A stretch of 59,361 nucleotides of DNA from a virus. The notes under the pieces are model-generated. The model did not search any database. It was given only the letters and a program-made list of their open reading frames with translations, and was not told where the DNA came from. The position numbers and the translations under genes were made by a program. Below are positions 36,828 through 46,894 of the stretch, piece by piece. The stretch lies in UHGV virus genome UHGV-0259576; one strand, 5' to 3'. Positions within the stretch are counted from its first letter, which is position 1, and every line of letters starts with the position of its first letter.

Positions 36828-37610
36828 ATGGCGCAGAAAACAGCCCCGAACCTGGGCATGACCTACGGCTGGGATTTAGGCGAAAGCGGGTGGAAGCCGG
36901 GCATGGATGCCAACATGAAAAAACTGGATGCAATTGTGGGCGCCGCGGTGCTGGCCATTGCGAATAGTCCGTCAGTCACGGATGACGGAACGCGCTACAT
37001 TGTCGGGACGTCGCCGTCCGGCGCCTTTGCCGGCCAGGCGGGCAAGCTGGCCGTACGTGTTGAAGGCGCATGGGAATTCTATACGCCCCGGGCGGGATGG
37101 ACTATTTACAACCTGGCGAATAGCACGGCGTACCGGTACACCGGTTCTGCATGGATTATCCCGGCGATTGCGATCCCCGCACAGCCATTCCTGGAAGTAT
37201 CCGGGCCGGGTACCGAAACCTTTGATAATACTGCGTGGGTGAAAGTCCCGCTGACCGTCATCGCGTCAGATACGGCAGACGGGTGGGACGCAACGGCCAA
37301 CACCGACTACGTCATCCCGCAGGCCGGCATGTACCAGATTCAGGGAATTGTCCGCCCTGCGCGAACCGTAAGCAATCCGTTCCCGGACTCAACGGCATTT
37401 GCCGCAGGGGTAGGGACGACGGCGGCAGACGGGGATGATGTGGCGTGGACGGTTAGCCCGGATGTAGCCGGAGCGCATTTTACCCTGCAGGTGGCCGCAT
37501 TGCGGCGCTATAATGTGGGGGACCGGGTATCTCTTTTTGTAAAGCATTCTGCGACTTCACCTATCGCTATCTCGCGCGCCCGCTTACAGGTTTTGCGTTT
37601 AATAGATTAA
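36828..37610 (+). CDS. DUF2793-like tail fibre-associated protein (260 aa)
   Basis: N-terminal ...APNLGMTYGWDLGESGWKPGMDANMKKLDAIV matches the DUF2793 N-terminal pattern seen in GTA-like tail modules. Confidence 0.45.
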   Translation: MAQKTAPNLGMTYGWDLGESGWKPGMDANMKKLDAIVGAAVLAIANSPSVTDDGTRYIVGTSPSGAFAGQAGKLAVRVEGAWEFYTPRAGWTIYNLANSTAYRYTGSAWIIPAIAIPAQPFLEVSGPGTETFDNTAWVKVPLTVIASDTADGWDATANTDYVIPQAGMYQIQGIVRPARTVSNPFPDSTAFAAGVGTTAADGDDVAWTVSPDVAGAHFTLQVAALRRYNVGDRVSLFVKHSATSPIAISRARLQVLRLID

Positions 37611-37655
37611 GGCCGGATGCTATATTGTGCAAATGGTTAATCGAGGGTAACTAAA

Positions 37656-40600
37656 ATGTCAGATATGGACCCGTTGTACGAATCGATGAAAGACTCCGCG
37701 GAGGATATGTCCAAGGCGGCGGTTGAAATGAAGGACATGATGACGGCGGACCAAAACACCGACGTCAATGTCGAAGGGTACGGCCCGAAGCCTTCTTTCA
37801 GCAAACAGATCAAGGGGCTGGTTCAGCCCGCGATTGACGCGTTTAACACGTGGTACGAAGCCACCCGTGGCTCATGGGACACATGGTACCTCTCAACGAA
37901 GACTATTTGGGGGAATTGGTTCAATTCTGCGAATGACCAGTTTGACGCGCAGATAACGGGTCAGAGGAAGGAATTTAATGACCTGCTTACCGCATCCGGT
38001 TATTCTTGGCTTGCGGACTATGTCGAAGGTCCAGTTACATTTACAAACCGCAGTCAGGTCACGGTTTATAATGGCGTGGCATATCGACTTGCTGAAAGTA
38101 CGCCTATTGGGTTTACGACTACGGGCACTGATGCAACGAGCTGGGATACCGATTCTCAGTATCTTGTCCCTATTGGTGACAATGATATCCGTCAGCAAGT
38201 TCAGTACCAGTTAGGTCAGTGGATGCCATCTGTGTCAGCTGTGCTCAGTTCGACCGATACGTACTCATCGATTCGCGTTCGTGGGTTTTATACGCCTAAT
38301 GATGGGGGGGAGGGAACGTGGGTAGCTACTGGAAATACTGATGCCTCAAAAGCTGGAACCCACGTCATCACCGAAGCGAAAATCTATAACGCCAGTGGTG
38401 TTGAATACCAGTTGCAAGTTGGTGTTGGGATGGGCGTCATAAGCCCCAAGGCCAACGGTGCGAAAGAAGCGGCCAACTACACAGAAACGCAACTCGACAC
38501 CGATAATTTTGTCTGTCTGGGGCAGGCAATCAACGGCATTATCAGCGCTCTTCCGCTGTGGATGCAGCCGGGTAATAACATCAATGACCAGAGCACCTAC
38601 GCTGTAATCACCTTCAATATTTCATCTGGTATTTGGCGTATCGGGAAAGAAGCTGCGAAGTTGCGCTCGAACGTCGTCTATAATCTTGGCGCGTCCACCA
38701 TTTATGTTAAGGCCAGTGCGTCTCGGAAATTCCAGGTTACGGGTGAGTACCTTAACGGCTTTGAGCACTCTGTAGAAGATGTGGAAGAAGTGTACGCAGC
38801 ACTTGGAAACCAGCTCTACTGGGAGTCAGTAAGTCTTGGGTTCACCCAGATGACCGGGGGGAAGATCATTGGTGATCATGTCCCTGGAACGCTGGATGCG
38901 GACTGTACTGCCGGTGTGGGTATCCTGGCGCTTAACCCCTGGTACTGTTCTTTTGAAGACAGCCGCGTAGAAAATTTCCGTGTCAACCTCGTCGGGATGC
39001 AGGTTCGCATTGAGGAAGATGGCGTGATGTCCAGCGATATCATCCCATACAAATCTAGCGTTCTCCCCGAGAAGATTGGCAACTTCTACGGGTGTACATT
39101 CAAAAATATGTATATCAGTACAGCACGTTATTGCTGTGCGCGACTACATATTGACTGGTGTCAGTGGATTGGTGGGACTATCTCCAACAACGGGCGCTGG
39201 GCCTCTTCGCCAAGCGGCCAGCAGTGCGACTACTATTTAATCGAAACTGGTCATGGCTTCCATTGCTCAGGCGCATATCTCAGCATCCCGGCGTACAACC
39301 CGACCGGACGCAAACCGAACAAGTCTGTTATCGCAACCGCTGCCCGTGGCTCCGTCTACACTGCGTGCTACATGGAAGACACTCCTTCCTATGTCACCAT
39401 CCTGAACAAGTGGTGGAACGACGGCAACGAGAAGGGATTCGGCTTAAATATCGACTGTATTGGTTCGCAGTACCGTCCTGACCGAACCTATAAGTACCTG
39501 ACTTTCGAGCCAGGCGCATTTGGGTATTATGATGCTAATGAGAACTGGGTGCCGCCAGCCGGATACGGTTCGTACCCGTCAACCAACGGCATTGACTTCG
39601 TTCGCTTCGGTAGTCCGACACACGATACTGGTGCATTCCCACATGGCGGGTTTGACTTCAAGTACGGTACCTATGGTGTGATGTACAGCACAAACACCAC
39701 TTATCCAAATCCGCCAGATGTGGATAGTATGCGCGGTCACAAAACCACCAAGGAGATGTTCTCTCCGTATGGGCTGATGGCGGCGAATGGTATCCTGCAA
39801 CTGCCTGTGTTGTCGCCTGCAATGCACAGCAATATCTGTATCTGGTATAAAGACTTGACCGGAAGTTTTGACCTGTCCAACATCGCTATCTGGACTAATG
39901 CCAACATTGACCAGAATTCCGCAGATGCCGGGTACAACCAGAACCTGTTCTTTGCCCGCGCGGAAATGGCCATTGATTATGGTAATGGCTATAAAATGGC
40001 GATTATCCAGAACCTGAAATGGAACAACAATGACGGCGTTGGTACAGCAGGAAGCCAGCAGTCATTGCAGTTTACTATCCCCGACACCACTCCGATTATT
40101 CTCAAGGCGGTCCAGGCATTCACTGGGGGTATTCCAGTTTTTCCTGTCGGACTGGATTATCGCCCAGAGACGTCAGATTTATGTGTGTGGGGTCACGTCA
40201 ATCCGAGTAACGGGTTTAAATATAACCTGTTCAAAAAGGTTGGCGGCGGTATCTTCATGCCAGAGGATGTCATTTATCCCTGGACGGCACACCAGCGGGC
40301 GAACACAGATTATAAGTTTGCGACCACTGTTTACGAGGATTATGGCTTTACGAATCTGCCGTTAATCATCAAAGGCGGGAATAGCATCGGTGCCTTCTTC
40401 GCTAAAGAGTTCACTGTATCGATCGTTGAGGTTGACTCCACCAATGGCAGGACAACCGTAGACGTACCTGCTGCGTATAAGCCATACGTTTTCATGGGGG
40501 TCCCTCTTAATATTACCGGGGGGTCTTCTACCGGATACACAGGGGAAGTTCGCATTCATAAGCGTAACCTGAAAACTGATGGATCCCTCAGTGGGCAATA

Positions 40601-41441
40601 TGTTCTCGATGCGGTTGTTGGTGCAGTTGGCGATACTCTGAATATTAACCAGCGAACGCTCACGGCACGGACTTATCGCCGTGACTATACCGCTGACGCC
40701 TTGACAGCGAACGGCAGCTTTACCCTGCGTGGTACCACAATGAGATTCGGGTATAACGCTGGGTCGACAGGCACGCGAACAGTTGAATTTTATGTCGGAG
40801 GTGGCACCACTAAATCCGCCGATATAAACGCATACGGAACCTCACTTGGTTTTAATGCCTCGGCTCTTGTCTTCGGTGGGAATATCGGTTTCAGCGCGAC
40901 AAACACCTGGGATATAGGCTCCCCGGGTAATACGGTCAAAAACATCTACGCCCAGAATGCGGTAACTGTTGTTTCAGACCGCGACCGTAAGCCTGTACGG
41001 GAAGGGATACCGGATAAGATCCTTGATATCTGGGGGACAATCGGCATCAAACGGTTTAAGTATGACTGGGCTATTGCTAGGAAGGGTGAAGATAGTGCGC
41101 GCTGGCATGTTGGCTACATTGCTCAGGACATTATTGAAGCATTCGAAGCCGCAGGGGAGGACGCTACCGAATGGGCGTTGCTTGTACGCAATGAATGGGA
41201 CGCGGTTCCGGAGCAGGTGGAGTCATGGGACGATGAGTACGAAACCATTCCGGCGCAGTACGATGAGCAGGGGGTTATGATCTCAGATGAGATGCAGGTC
41301 CTTGTGCGCCCGGCAGGATCGCGAGTTACCAAAGAAGCGATACCGGCAGGGGGTGAATGGCGACTTGTTATGGATGAGTGTAATGCTATGGAGGCTGCGT
41401 ATCAGCGCCGGAGACTTGAGCGCATAGAGGCGGCGCTTTAG
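37656..41441 (+). CDS. tailspike/tail fibre (1261 aa) with C-terminal intramolecular chaperone (peptidase S74) domain; possible depolymerase
   Basis: C-terminal ~150 aa (...VVSDRDRKPVREGIPDKILDIWGTIGIKRFKYDWAIARKGEDSARWHVGYIAQDIIEAFEAAGEDATEWALL...) matches the S74 chaperone of endosialidases and the T5 L-shaped fibre. AACTAAA-ATG with GAGGG upstream. Confidence 0.8.
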   Translation: MSDMDPLYESMKDSAEDMSKAAVEMKDMMTADQNTDVNVEGYGPKPSFSKQIKGLVQPAIDAFNTWYEATRGSWDTWYLSTKTIWGNWFNSANDQFDAQITGQRKEFNDLLTASGYSWLADYVEGPVTFTNRSQVTVYNGVAYRLAESTPIGFTTTGTDATSWDTDSQYLVPIGDNDIRQQVQYQLGQWMPSVSAVLSSTDTYSSIRVRGFYTPNDGGEGTWVATGNTDASKAGTHVITEAKIYNASGVEYQLQVGVGMGVISPKANGAKEAANYTETQLDTDNFVCLGQAINGIISALPLWMQPGNNINDQSTYAVITFNISSGIWRIGKEAAKLRSNVVYNLGASTIYVKASASRKFQVTGEYLNGFEHSVEDVEEVYAALGNQLYWESVSLGFTQMTGGKIIGDHVPGTLDADCTAGVGILALNPWYCSFEDSRVENFRVNLVGMQVRIEEDGVMSSDIIPYKSSVLPEKIGNFYGCTFKNMYISTARYCCARLHIDWCQWIGGTISNNGRWASSPSGQQCDYYLIETGHGFHCSGAYLSIPAYNPTGRKPNKSVIATAARGSVYTACYMEDTPSYVTILNKWWNDGNEKGFGLNIDCIGSQYRPDRTYKYLTFEPGAFGYYDANENWVPPAGYGSYPSTNGIDFVRFGSPTHDTGAFPHGGFDFKYGTYGVMYSTNTTYPNPPDVDSMRGHKTTKEMFSPYGLMAANGILQLPVLSPAMHSNICIWYKDLTGSFDLSNIAIWTNANIDQNSADAGYNQNLFFARAEMAIDYGNGYKMAIIQNLKWNNNDGVGTAGSQQSLQFTIPDTTPIILKAVQAFTGGIPVFPVGLDYRPETSDLCVWGHVNPSNGFKYNLFKKVGGGIFMPEDVIYPWTAHQRANTDYKFATTVYEDYGFTNLPLIIKGGNSIGAFFAKEFTVSIVEVDSTNGRTTVDVPAAYKPYVFMGVPLNITGGSSTGYTGEVRIHKRNLKTDGSLSGQYVLDAVVGAVGDTLNINQRTLTARTYRRDYTADALTANGSFTLRGTTMRFGYNAGSTGTRTVEFYVGGGTTKSADINAYGTSLGFNASALVFGGNIGFSATNTWDIGSPGNTVKNIYAQNAVTVVSDRDRKPVREGIPDKILDIWGTIGIKRFKYDWAIARKGEDSARWHVGYIAQDIIEAFEAAGEDATEWALLVRNEWDAVPEQVESWDDEYETIPAQYDEQGVMISDEMQVLVRPAGSRVTKEAIPAGGEWRLVMDECNAMEAAYQRRRLERIEAAL

Positions 41442-41590
41442 CGGTTGCAGACGTAGATGCATTGCCCGAGAATGGATTCTCGCGGCACACCACCTAAAGC
41501 CCAGTATTAACACCGCCCCAGTAGGAATTTCCACCAAAAGTGTACAGAATAGTCTTAGTGATCCGCTAACCTGACTACAGGACTATTCTT

Positions 41591-42013
41591 ATGACTGAAC
41601 CCGTTACCACTGGTACCGTACTTACCGCCAGCGCCGCCGGAATCGGGGCGCTCGGCTGGTGGGCCGGACTTGACCCAGGAGTTGCTATCGGGGCTTTCTG
41701 GGGCGCCATTTTCTTCGTTCTTTCTTCCAAAGAGTTAACACTGATAGCAAAAACAGGTTTTGGCGGAGTGAGTTTCTTTTTCGGAATTATCTGCGCGAAC
41801 TGGGCCGCCGAACTGATAACATGGGGCGTGCATAAGTTTGCGTCAGGCGCCAGCGATGCGCCATCTGCAATGGGAGCGTTCATTGCGGCCGCCGTGGCGA
41901 TCCAAACCCTCATGGCCATCACGACGAAAGATTTCACCAAGGCACTACTGGACCGGTTCCTGGCATGGCTGAAAAGTGCGCTGGTGAAGTCGGATATCGG
42001 AGGACCGAAATAA
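41591..42013 (+). CDS. holin-like membrane protein (140 aa, ~4 TM)
   Basis: First gene of the lysis cassette. Multiple hydrophobic helices. Confidence 0.45.
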   Translation: MTEPVTTGTVLTASAAGIGALGWWAGLDPGVAIGAFWGAIFFVLSSKELTLIAKTGFGGVSFFFGIICANWAAELITWGVHKFASGASDAPSAMGAFIAAAVAIQTLMAITTKDFTKALLDRFLAWLKSALVKSDIGGPK

Positions 42014-42345
42014 TGTCTACCTTCGCATTTTCGGATACCATCATTACTACATTGCCGGATAGCCCGGTATCCCTTTTCATCACCCATACATTCGCTATTT
42101 TCAACGTTCTCCTCTGCCTGTCTATCGTGTGGCGGTTGTTCACTTTCCAGCGGAAAGGGTCGCGCCACCGTTTAGCCGGCGGCGTGATCGCCATGCATCT
42201 CATGGGGTTTTATATGTGGACCCCGATACTCTTCGTACTGGGGCGCGTGGCCATTGTGGACTGGGCAACGGTCGGTATTAACTGCATCGTCTTCATCGCG
42301 ATATTCCGGGCGCGGGGAAATGTGATGCAACTATTCAAGTCGTGA
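42013..42345 (+). CDS. second holin/antiholin-like membrane protein (110 aa, 3 TM)
   Basis: GGAGGA SD. ATG overlaps the previous stop (ATAATG). Three hydrophobic segments. Confidence 0.45.
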   Translation: MSTFAFSDTIITTLPDSPVSLFITHTFAIFNVLLCLSIVWRLFTFQRKGSRHRLAGGVIAMHLMGFYMWTPILFVLGRVAIVDWATVGINCIVFIAIFRARGNVMQLFKS

Positions 42346-42351
42346 GGGCAT

Positions 42352-42897
42352 ATGGCTACTGCAGACCAGATCATTGAAGGCGTGCTGGGCAAGGAAGGCG
42401 GCTATGTGAATAACCCGGCAGACAAAGGAGGCCCGACTCGCTGGGGCATCACGCAGAACACCGCGCGGGCGTACGGGTACAAAGGCGACATGAAAGACCT
42501 CCCACGGGAAACCGCCAAAGAGATCTACATGAAGCAATACTGGCTGGAACCCAAGTTCGATAAGATTGCCGAGCTGTCACCGTCGATCGCCGAAGAGTTA
42601 TGCGACACCGGCGTTAATATGGGGCCGCGGGTCGCCAGCACTTTCCTGCAACGCTGGCTGACCGCCCTGAACCAACGTGGCAAACTGTATCCCGACCTGA
42701 AACCTGACGGGGTCATCGGGAACATCACGATCGCCGCGCTGCGCAGTTATCTCGCCGTACGGGGTAGCGCCGGCGTAACGGTGATGCTGAAAGGGTTGAA
42801 CTGCAGTCAGGGCGCACGGTATCTAGAACTGGCGGAAGCGCGGGAAGCCAACGAAGAATTTCTCTTCGGCTGGGTGCAAAACCGGGTCAGCTTATGA
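42352..42897 (+). CDS. endolysin, GH108 lysozyme-like domain + peptidoglycan-binding (PG_binding_3) domain (181 aa)
   Basis: N-terminus ...ILGKEGGYVNNPADKGGPTRWGIT... is the GH108 signature. C-terminal region matches PG_binding_3. Confidence 0.8.
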   Translation: MATADQIIEGVLGKEGGYVNNPADKGGPTRWGITQNTARAYGYKGDMKDLPRETAKEIYMKQYWLEPKFDKIAELSPSIAEELCDTGVNMGPRVASTFLQRWLTALNQRGKLYPDLKPDGVIGNITIAALRSYLAVRGSAGVTVMLKGLNCSQGARYLELAEAREANEEFLFGWVQNRVSL

Positions 42898-43283
42898 CGC
42901 CGGCCGCTATTAAAACCGTAGTGGCGGCGGTCATGGCCGCCGCTGTCGTCTTCGCCCTGGTGTGGCTGCATAACACGCTTGCCGAGCGCCACTACCAGCC
43001 CACCATCGATAGCCTGAATAAAACCCTGGGCAGCGTGAAGCAGCACAACGCTAACCTGACTGCCCAGCTGCAAGCGCAGAACGCCACCATCTCGGCTATG
43101 GCGGTACAAAGCGAGAAAGACAAGCAACGTATCGCCGAGCTTGAGAAAGCCGCGCAGCGGGGCGCTGGCGAGGAATACGGCAGGGCAAATGAAGTCCTGC
43201 AGGAGCGCACCACCGGACCCGACGTCTGCCGGGCGGCCAGTGATGCCTTCGACGCCGAGCTGCGGAAGGAGCGAGCAAAATGA
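42894..43283 (+). CDS. i-spanin (Rz-like; N-terminal TM + coiled coil) (129 aa)
   Basis: N-terminal TM AAVMAAAVVFALVWL followed by coiled-coil sequence. Located after the endolysin. Confidence 0.6.
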   Translation: MTPAAIKTVVAAVMAAAVVFALVWLHNTLAERHYQPTIDSLNKTLGSVKQHNANLTAQLQAQNATISAMAVQSEKDKQRIAELEKAAQRGAGEEYGRANEVLQERTTGPDVCRAASDAFDAELRKERAK

Positions 43284-43543
43284 GAAAGCTGATCGTGACC
43301 ATGGCCATGCTGCTTGTCGGCTGTTCCGCCCGAACCGAAACGCCGCCGGCCGTCGTGGAAGTCAAAGTGCCGGTGCTGCAGAAGTGCGATATACGCCAGC
43401 CTGACGCGCCGGCATTCGCGGTGGACTCGTTACCCATAGGCGCGCCGATCGACGCCCAGATGCGCGCCCTGCGAGCGGAACGGCACCAGCGGCAGGGGTA
43501 TGAAATATTACTGCGAGCCGAGATAGACAAGTGCAAAAAGTAA
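43280..43543 (+). CDS. o-spanin (Rz1-like outer-membrane lipoprotein) (87 aa)
   Basis: Signal peptide plus lipobox MRKLIVTMAMLLVGC|S. Separate gene, not embedded in the i-spanin gene. Confidence 0.65.
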   Translation: MRKLIVTMAMLLVGCSARTETPPAVVEVKVPVLQKCDIRQPDAPAFAVDSLPIGAPIDAQMRALRAERHQRQGYEILLRAEIDKCKK

Positions 43544-43566
43544 GCCCGGGAAACCGGGCTTTTTCG
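43543..43566. terminator. bidirectional terminator at the convergent junction of rightward and leftward arms
   Basis: AGCCCGG-GAAA-CCGGGCT followed by TTTTT. Genes converge from both sides. Confidence 0.65.
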
Positions 43567-43767
43567 TTACTGGGATTTGCGTTTACGCCGCTGGAGCATC
43601 CGGTATTTGAACTCGTCCCATCCCCACTGGATTAAGACCAGCATTATCGCCAGCGGCCAAAAGATAACCGCGAAGAACCGACCGACTGACTCGTCCTCTG
43701 ACGTTATGCCGGCCATGAGCGCCATACCCAGAATCCAGACCACCACTAACATGATGTCATTCAGCAT
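43567..43767 (-). CDS. small membrane protein (66 aa, 2 TM)
   Basis: Hydrophobic helices. Last gene of the leftward block. Confidence 0.45.
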   Translation of the reverse strand: MLNDIMLVVVWILGMALMAGITSEDESVGRFFAVIFWPLAIMLVLIQWGWDEFKYRMLQRRKRKSQ

Positions 43768-44534
43768 TCTTTACCCTCCACGCGCCGCATAACGACTTTG
43801 AAAATTTCAGCGTAGTGGTAGCGTTCGGATGTACCGTTAGCCCAGTTCAACTTAATGATTAGACCATCAAGCTGTTCGGTGCTGTTAACGACATCGCCGC
43901 TACTTAACACGTCGCCCGGGCGCAGGTTAACTGCGGCGACAGGGGTTTCAGTTAATGTCGCCAGTACACGGTCTTCCAGTTTGGAGAATTCCTGTACGGT
44001 CAAAGGCCCATCGGTATCCCACGCCTTACCTGCGCCCGGAGACATTTGCATGAAACGCCGGTGGGTTTCTTCTTCGTTACGGCGCAGGAGTTCATACATT
44101 CCCTGCAGTCCGGTACGGTCCGGGAGGATCAGCTGAATCGGCAGACGGACGACCTGGTTTTGCTGCGCGGCCCGGCGTAACGCGTCAAAACTGCGGTATA
44201 CCTGGATGCCCAGCTGGTACGCGCGGTGGACTTCCGCCTTTGTGCCGCTACTCACCTCGTCCGCATTTGGCATGGTCAGCAGCACGGCATCGCAACGTTC
44301 CAACCTGGACATCGTTCCGTCCAGGAAATACTGGTCGTCATTTTGCTCCACCTGATTTTCGAAGTCCCGGGTATTCAGGTGCGGTACCACCGGGAACAAG
44401 CCGAGATGGCCTAGTTCATTTACTAAGTTGACCGCGGTTACTTCGGCGTTACGGATGTTCATTGACGTCTCTACCCATGTGCCGTCGGCGCAGGTGTACG
44501 GTCGGTACGGCCCGGCAATGTAGATCAGTTTCAT
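43761..44534 (-). CDS. DUF4406 (nucleoside 2-deoxyribosyltransferase-like fold) protein with ~130-aa C-terminal extension (257 aa)
   Basis: N-terminal KLIYIAGPY ... RCDAVLLTMPNADEVSSGTKAEVHRAYQLGIQVY matches the DUF4406 pattern. Confidence 0.5.
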   Translation of the reverse strand: MKLIYIAGPYRPYTCADGTWVETSMNIRNAEVTAVNLVNELGHLGLFPVVPHLNTRDFENQVEQNDDQYFLDGTMSRLERCDAVLLTMPNADEVSSGTKAEVHRAYQLGIQVYRSFDALRRAAQQNQVVRLPIQLILPDRTGLQGMYELLRRNEEETHRRFMQMSPGAGKAWDTDGPLTVQEFSKLEDRVLATLTETPVAAVNLRPGDVLSSGDVVNSTEQLDGLIIKLNWANGTSERYHYAEIFKVVMRRVEGKEC

Positions 44535-44857
44535 TGGCCGTCCCCTTTCATCGCGCCGATCGATACGGTTTCCGGAATGGCTTCTGGCGGCAGGTCATCG
44601 AACTCCACTGCCTCCACGATATCCTCGCCGGCGCGCCGCTTGATCTTGCGCAGGTAGCGGCTGTCATTGGTCAGCACCACGGCTTTAACGCCACGCTCGG
44701 CCAGGTAGCCCAAGGCATCAACGCTGATACCGGACATCCGCACATCGTCTTCTTCCAGAACGCAATGCGCATCAAAATACGCCCGGATAGACTCTGCGTT
44801 ACGGGTCTTTCCGCAGCCGCGCGGGCCAATAACAACAACAATTTTTCCGCTCATCAT
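44531..44857 (-). CDS. small P-loop NTPase (108 aa)
   Basis: Walker A VIGPRGCGKT near the N-terminus. Overlapping start/stop with neighbours. Confidence 0.5.
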   Translation of the reverse strand: MMSGKIVVVIGPRGCGKTRNAESIRAYFDAHCVLEEDDVRMSGISVDALGYLAERGVKAVVLTNDSRYLRKIKRRAGEDIVEAVEFDDLPPEAIPETVSIGAMKGDGQ

Positions 44858-45150
44858 TTCATACCTTTGAAGTTTTTAGGGTGGCCGATGTTACTCTGAA
44901 CATCGATAGTGATTTCATCCATGAAGCAGGACACGTAGATCCGCACCAGCGTTTTTGCGTTTACCATGTCCACCAGGCAAGTCGTTTGCCCGGTCACTAC
45001 GGCGTTAACCCGTTCATGGCCCTTCACCTTCGCTAACTCGCTATACGCGGCAACCGTATCGGCGACCATATTGGCCATGAAGTCCCACTGGACCTCGTTT
45101 ATCTTCCGCTGGATGTGATGGGGAATGACCGCTTTATTCGCTTTGAACAT
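44854..45150 (-). CDS. hypothetical protein (98 aa)
   Basis: ATG with GAGGAA SD. The longer ORF-track version has no SD. Confidence 0.45.
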   Translation of the reverse strand: MFKANKAVIPHHIQRKINEVQWDFMANMVADTVAAYSELAKVKGHERVNAVVTGQTTCLVDMVNAKTLVRIYVSCFMDEITIDVQSNIGHPKNFKGMK

Positions 45151-45817
45151 CGTCGAATTCCTCGCATAACGGGATGAAGTGACTATGCCCGCCACCGGAC
45201 CCCGGGAACATTTGATATAACGCCTTGTCCTTCAACGTCAGTTTGTCTTTCGAGAGGCAGCGACGATAGTAATCTGCGGCGCCGTCCGAGTAAGTTCGAT
45301 CCATCCCTTCTTCTGGGTCGTGAGGGCAGAAGTGAACCGCTAAGACCTCTCTCCAGTCCGGGCGGTCTATGCGCGAGATCATCATGTGCTGATTAGATAC
45401 GCGGCAATACCCCGACAAGAGATAGTGTTTAGAGTTTGCACGTTGGTCTTTTGACAGGTGCGGTATCTTCCGGTTTAGCCAATTACGGCTATGCACACTG
45501 CCCGGATACTGGATGAAAATAGATACCGGGTCGCGGAGCACAACGCCGTACTTCGCGCGGCCATACCCGGATACCAACTGGTAAGCATCGCAATGGCGGA
45601 GCAACATGGCATCGGTTATCCTGGCGTTCTCCGGGTCTTTCTTTTTCCACCAGTTATACACGTCGATCAGGCGACGAATACCTTCCGGTCCGAACCACAC
45701 ACGGGCGCACGGGTGTTTAGAGAACTCAAAATACTGCGGGTCCAGGTCTTTTTCGACGAACCAGATCTGCCCGTTTACCGTGAAATGCGGCTTTATATGC
45801 CGGTCTTTTGCGCGCAT
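45134..45817 (-). CDS. hypothetical protein (227 aa) with His/Cys-rich C-terminal region
   Basis: Start at the ATG with strong GGGGAGGAAATAAG SD. HFCPHDPEEG...HSHF may be a metal-binding site. Confidence 0.5.
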   Translation of the reverse strand: MRAKDRHIKPHFTVNGQIWFVEKDLDPQYFEFSKHPCARVWFGPEGIRRLIDVYNWWKKKDPENARITDAMLLRHCDAYQLVSGYGRAKYGVVLRDPVSIFIQYPGSVHSRNWLNRKIPHLSKDQRANSKHYLLSGYCRVSNQHMMISRIDRPDWREVLAVHFCPHDPEEGMDRTYSDGAADYYRRCLSKDKLTLKDKALYQMFPGSGGGHSHFIPLCEEFDDVQSE

Positions 45818-45818
45818 C

Positions 45819-46028
45819 TTATTTCCTCCCCATGGGGCGATGTGAGCCAATTCCTTTCCGGTGGCCGATATGGATCTTCCCGCACAGTTTGCAGTGATAG
45901 GCATCCATCGGCCCGCTGTACCCGTACGTCCGCTGGATATGCCTGATGCCTACCATGGCGGACGGGATGTCCGGATAACGCTGCTTCCCTTCGCATGACT
46001 TCCGGCGCAGTCTGCGCTTACTGGCCAT
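45819..46028 (-). CDS. small zinc-ribbon protein (69 aa)
   Basis: CEGK...HCKLCGK Cys/His arrangement. Basic. Confidence 0.45.
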   Translation of the reverse strand: MASKRRLRRKSCEGKQRYPDIPSAMVGIRHIQRTYGYSGPMDAYHCKLCGKIHIGHRKGIGSHRPMGRK

Positions 46029-46030
46029 GG

Positions 46031-46378
46031 TTACAGGCTCCAGTTAGGCAGGATGCCCATGGCGGCCAGGATGGCTGCGATGACGAACAGCGCAGACAGC
46101 AGGCAGAAGATAAATCCGGTGCGGCGGTTCGTCTTGTCGCCATCCAGCGGTAAAGACTCGATGTACTCTTCCGCCTTCTTACGGCCAGCCTCCCAGCGCC
46201 AGTATTCCCGGCATTTCTCCCCGGTGCCGGTCGGCTGGTGCAAGTAGGGGTTACTCTTTTCGGTAGCGCCCTGCAGTCCCGCCAGCACGCCTTCCGCCTC
46301 TTCCAGAGTACGGGCCGGGATGAATTCCTGCGCGCCGGGTACCGGTACTTCAAAGCCTTTCTCGCTTTCGTTGATCAT
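46031..46378 (-). CDS. tail-anchored membrane protein (115 aa)
   Basis: Single C-terminal TM IFCLLSALFVIAAILAAMGIL. Confidence 0.5.
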   Translation of the reverse strand: MINESEKGFEVPVPGAQEFIPARTLEEAEGVLAGLQGATEKSNPYLHQPTGTGEKCREYWRWEAGRKKAEEYIESLPLDGDKTNRRTGFIFCLLSALFVIAAILAAMGILPNWSL

Positions 46379-46381
46379 GGG

Positions 46382-46894
46382 TTAACCCTCGTAGTTAGTG
46401 TTAAAGGTGATGCGTATTACTGACTTAATGCCCAGGTGGTCGGTGATCGCCCGGTAATTCGGCGGCTCGCTCATCATGGCGAATTCTTTTACCGCCATGT
46501 ACCCGGGGCTTAACTGCCGCCACCTGGCCCTCATCCCGGTTTCATAGGCGGAGATGAACACTTTCGCGCTAACGATCTTACGGTCCAGTACAAACCCCCA
46601 TTCCATGAGCAAGGGGTAGCGTGGTGGTGCAGTTTTGGCCGTCGGCTTATCAGCGAATCTACGGCGGCTGCAAGAAACGCCATACGGGGTGCGGAATGTC
46701 CGACAAATTCCGTGATAGCGCCCCAGTTCTTCCAGCCCATAGAAGGTGTTGCAGCTGATATCATATTCGCGTTCGCCGTCCATTAAGGCTGCAACCGCGG
46801 CTTTCAGTTCGTAGTAATACTGGAACCACTGGTGGTGGCGGTTGACCACGTTCGACACGATCTGCTGGTCAATCCGGTGAACAATCTGGCTCAT
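46382..46894 (-). CDS. hypothetical protein (170 aa)
   Basis: First gene after the conserved leftward promoter at 46928-46956. SD GGGAG lies inside a leader hairpin. Confidence 0.55.
   Translation of the reverse strand: MSQIVHRIDQQIVSNVVNRHHQWFQYYYELKAAVAALMDGEREYDISCNTFYGLEELGRYHGICRTFRTPYGVSCSRRRFADKPTAKTAPPRYPLLMEWGFVLDRKIVSAKVFISAYETGMRARWRQLSPGYMAVKEFAMMSEPPNYRAITDHLGIKSVIRITFNTNYEG

Noticed and set aside
42894-43543. Spanin pair as unusual
   Set aside because: Separate, slightly overlapping i-spanin/o-spanin genes with a canonical lipobox are a standard architecture. Recorded as features only.
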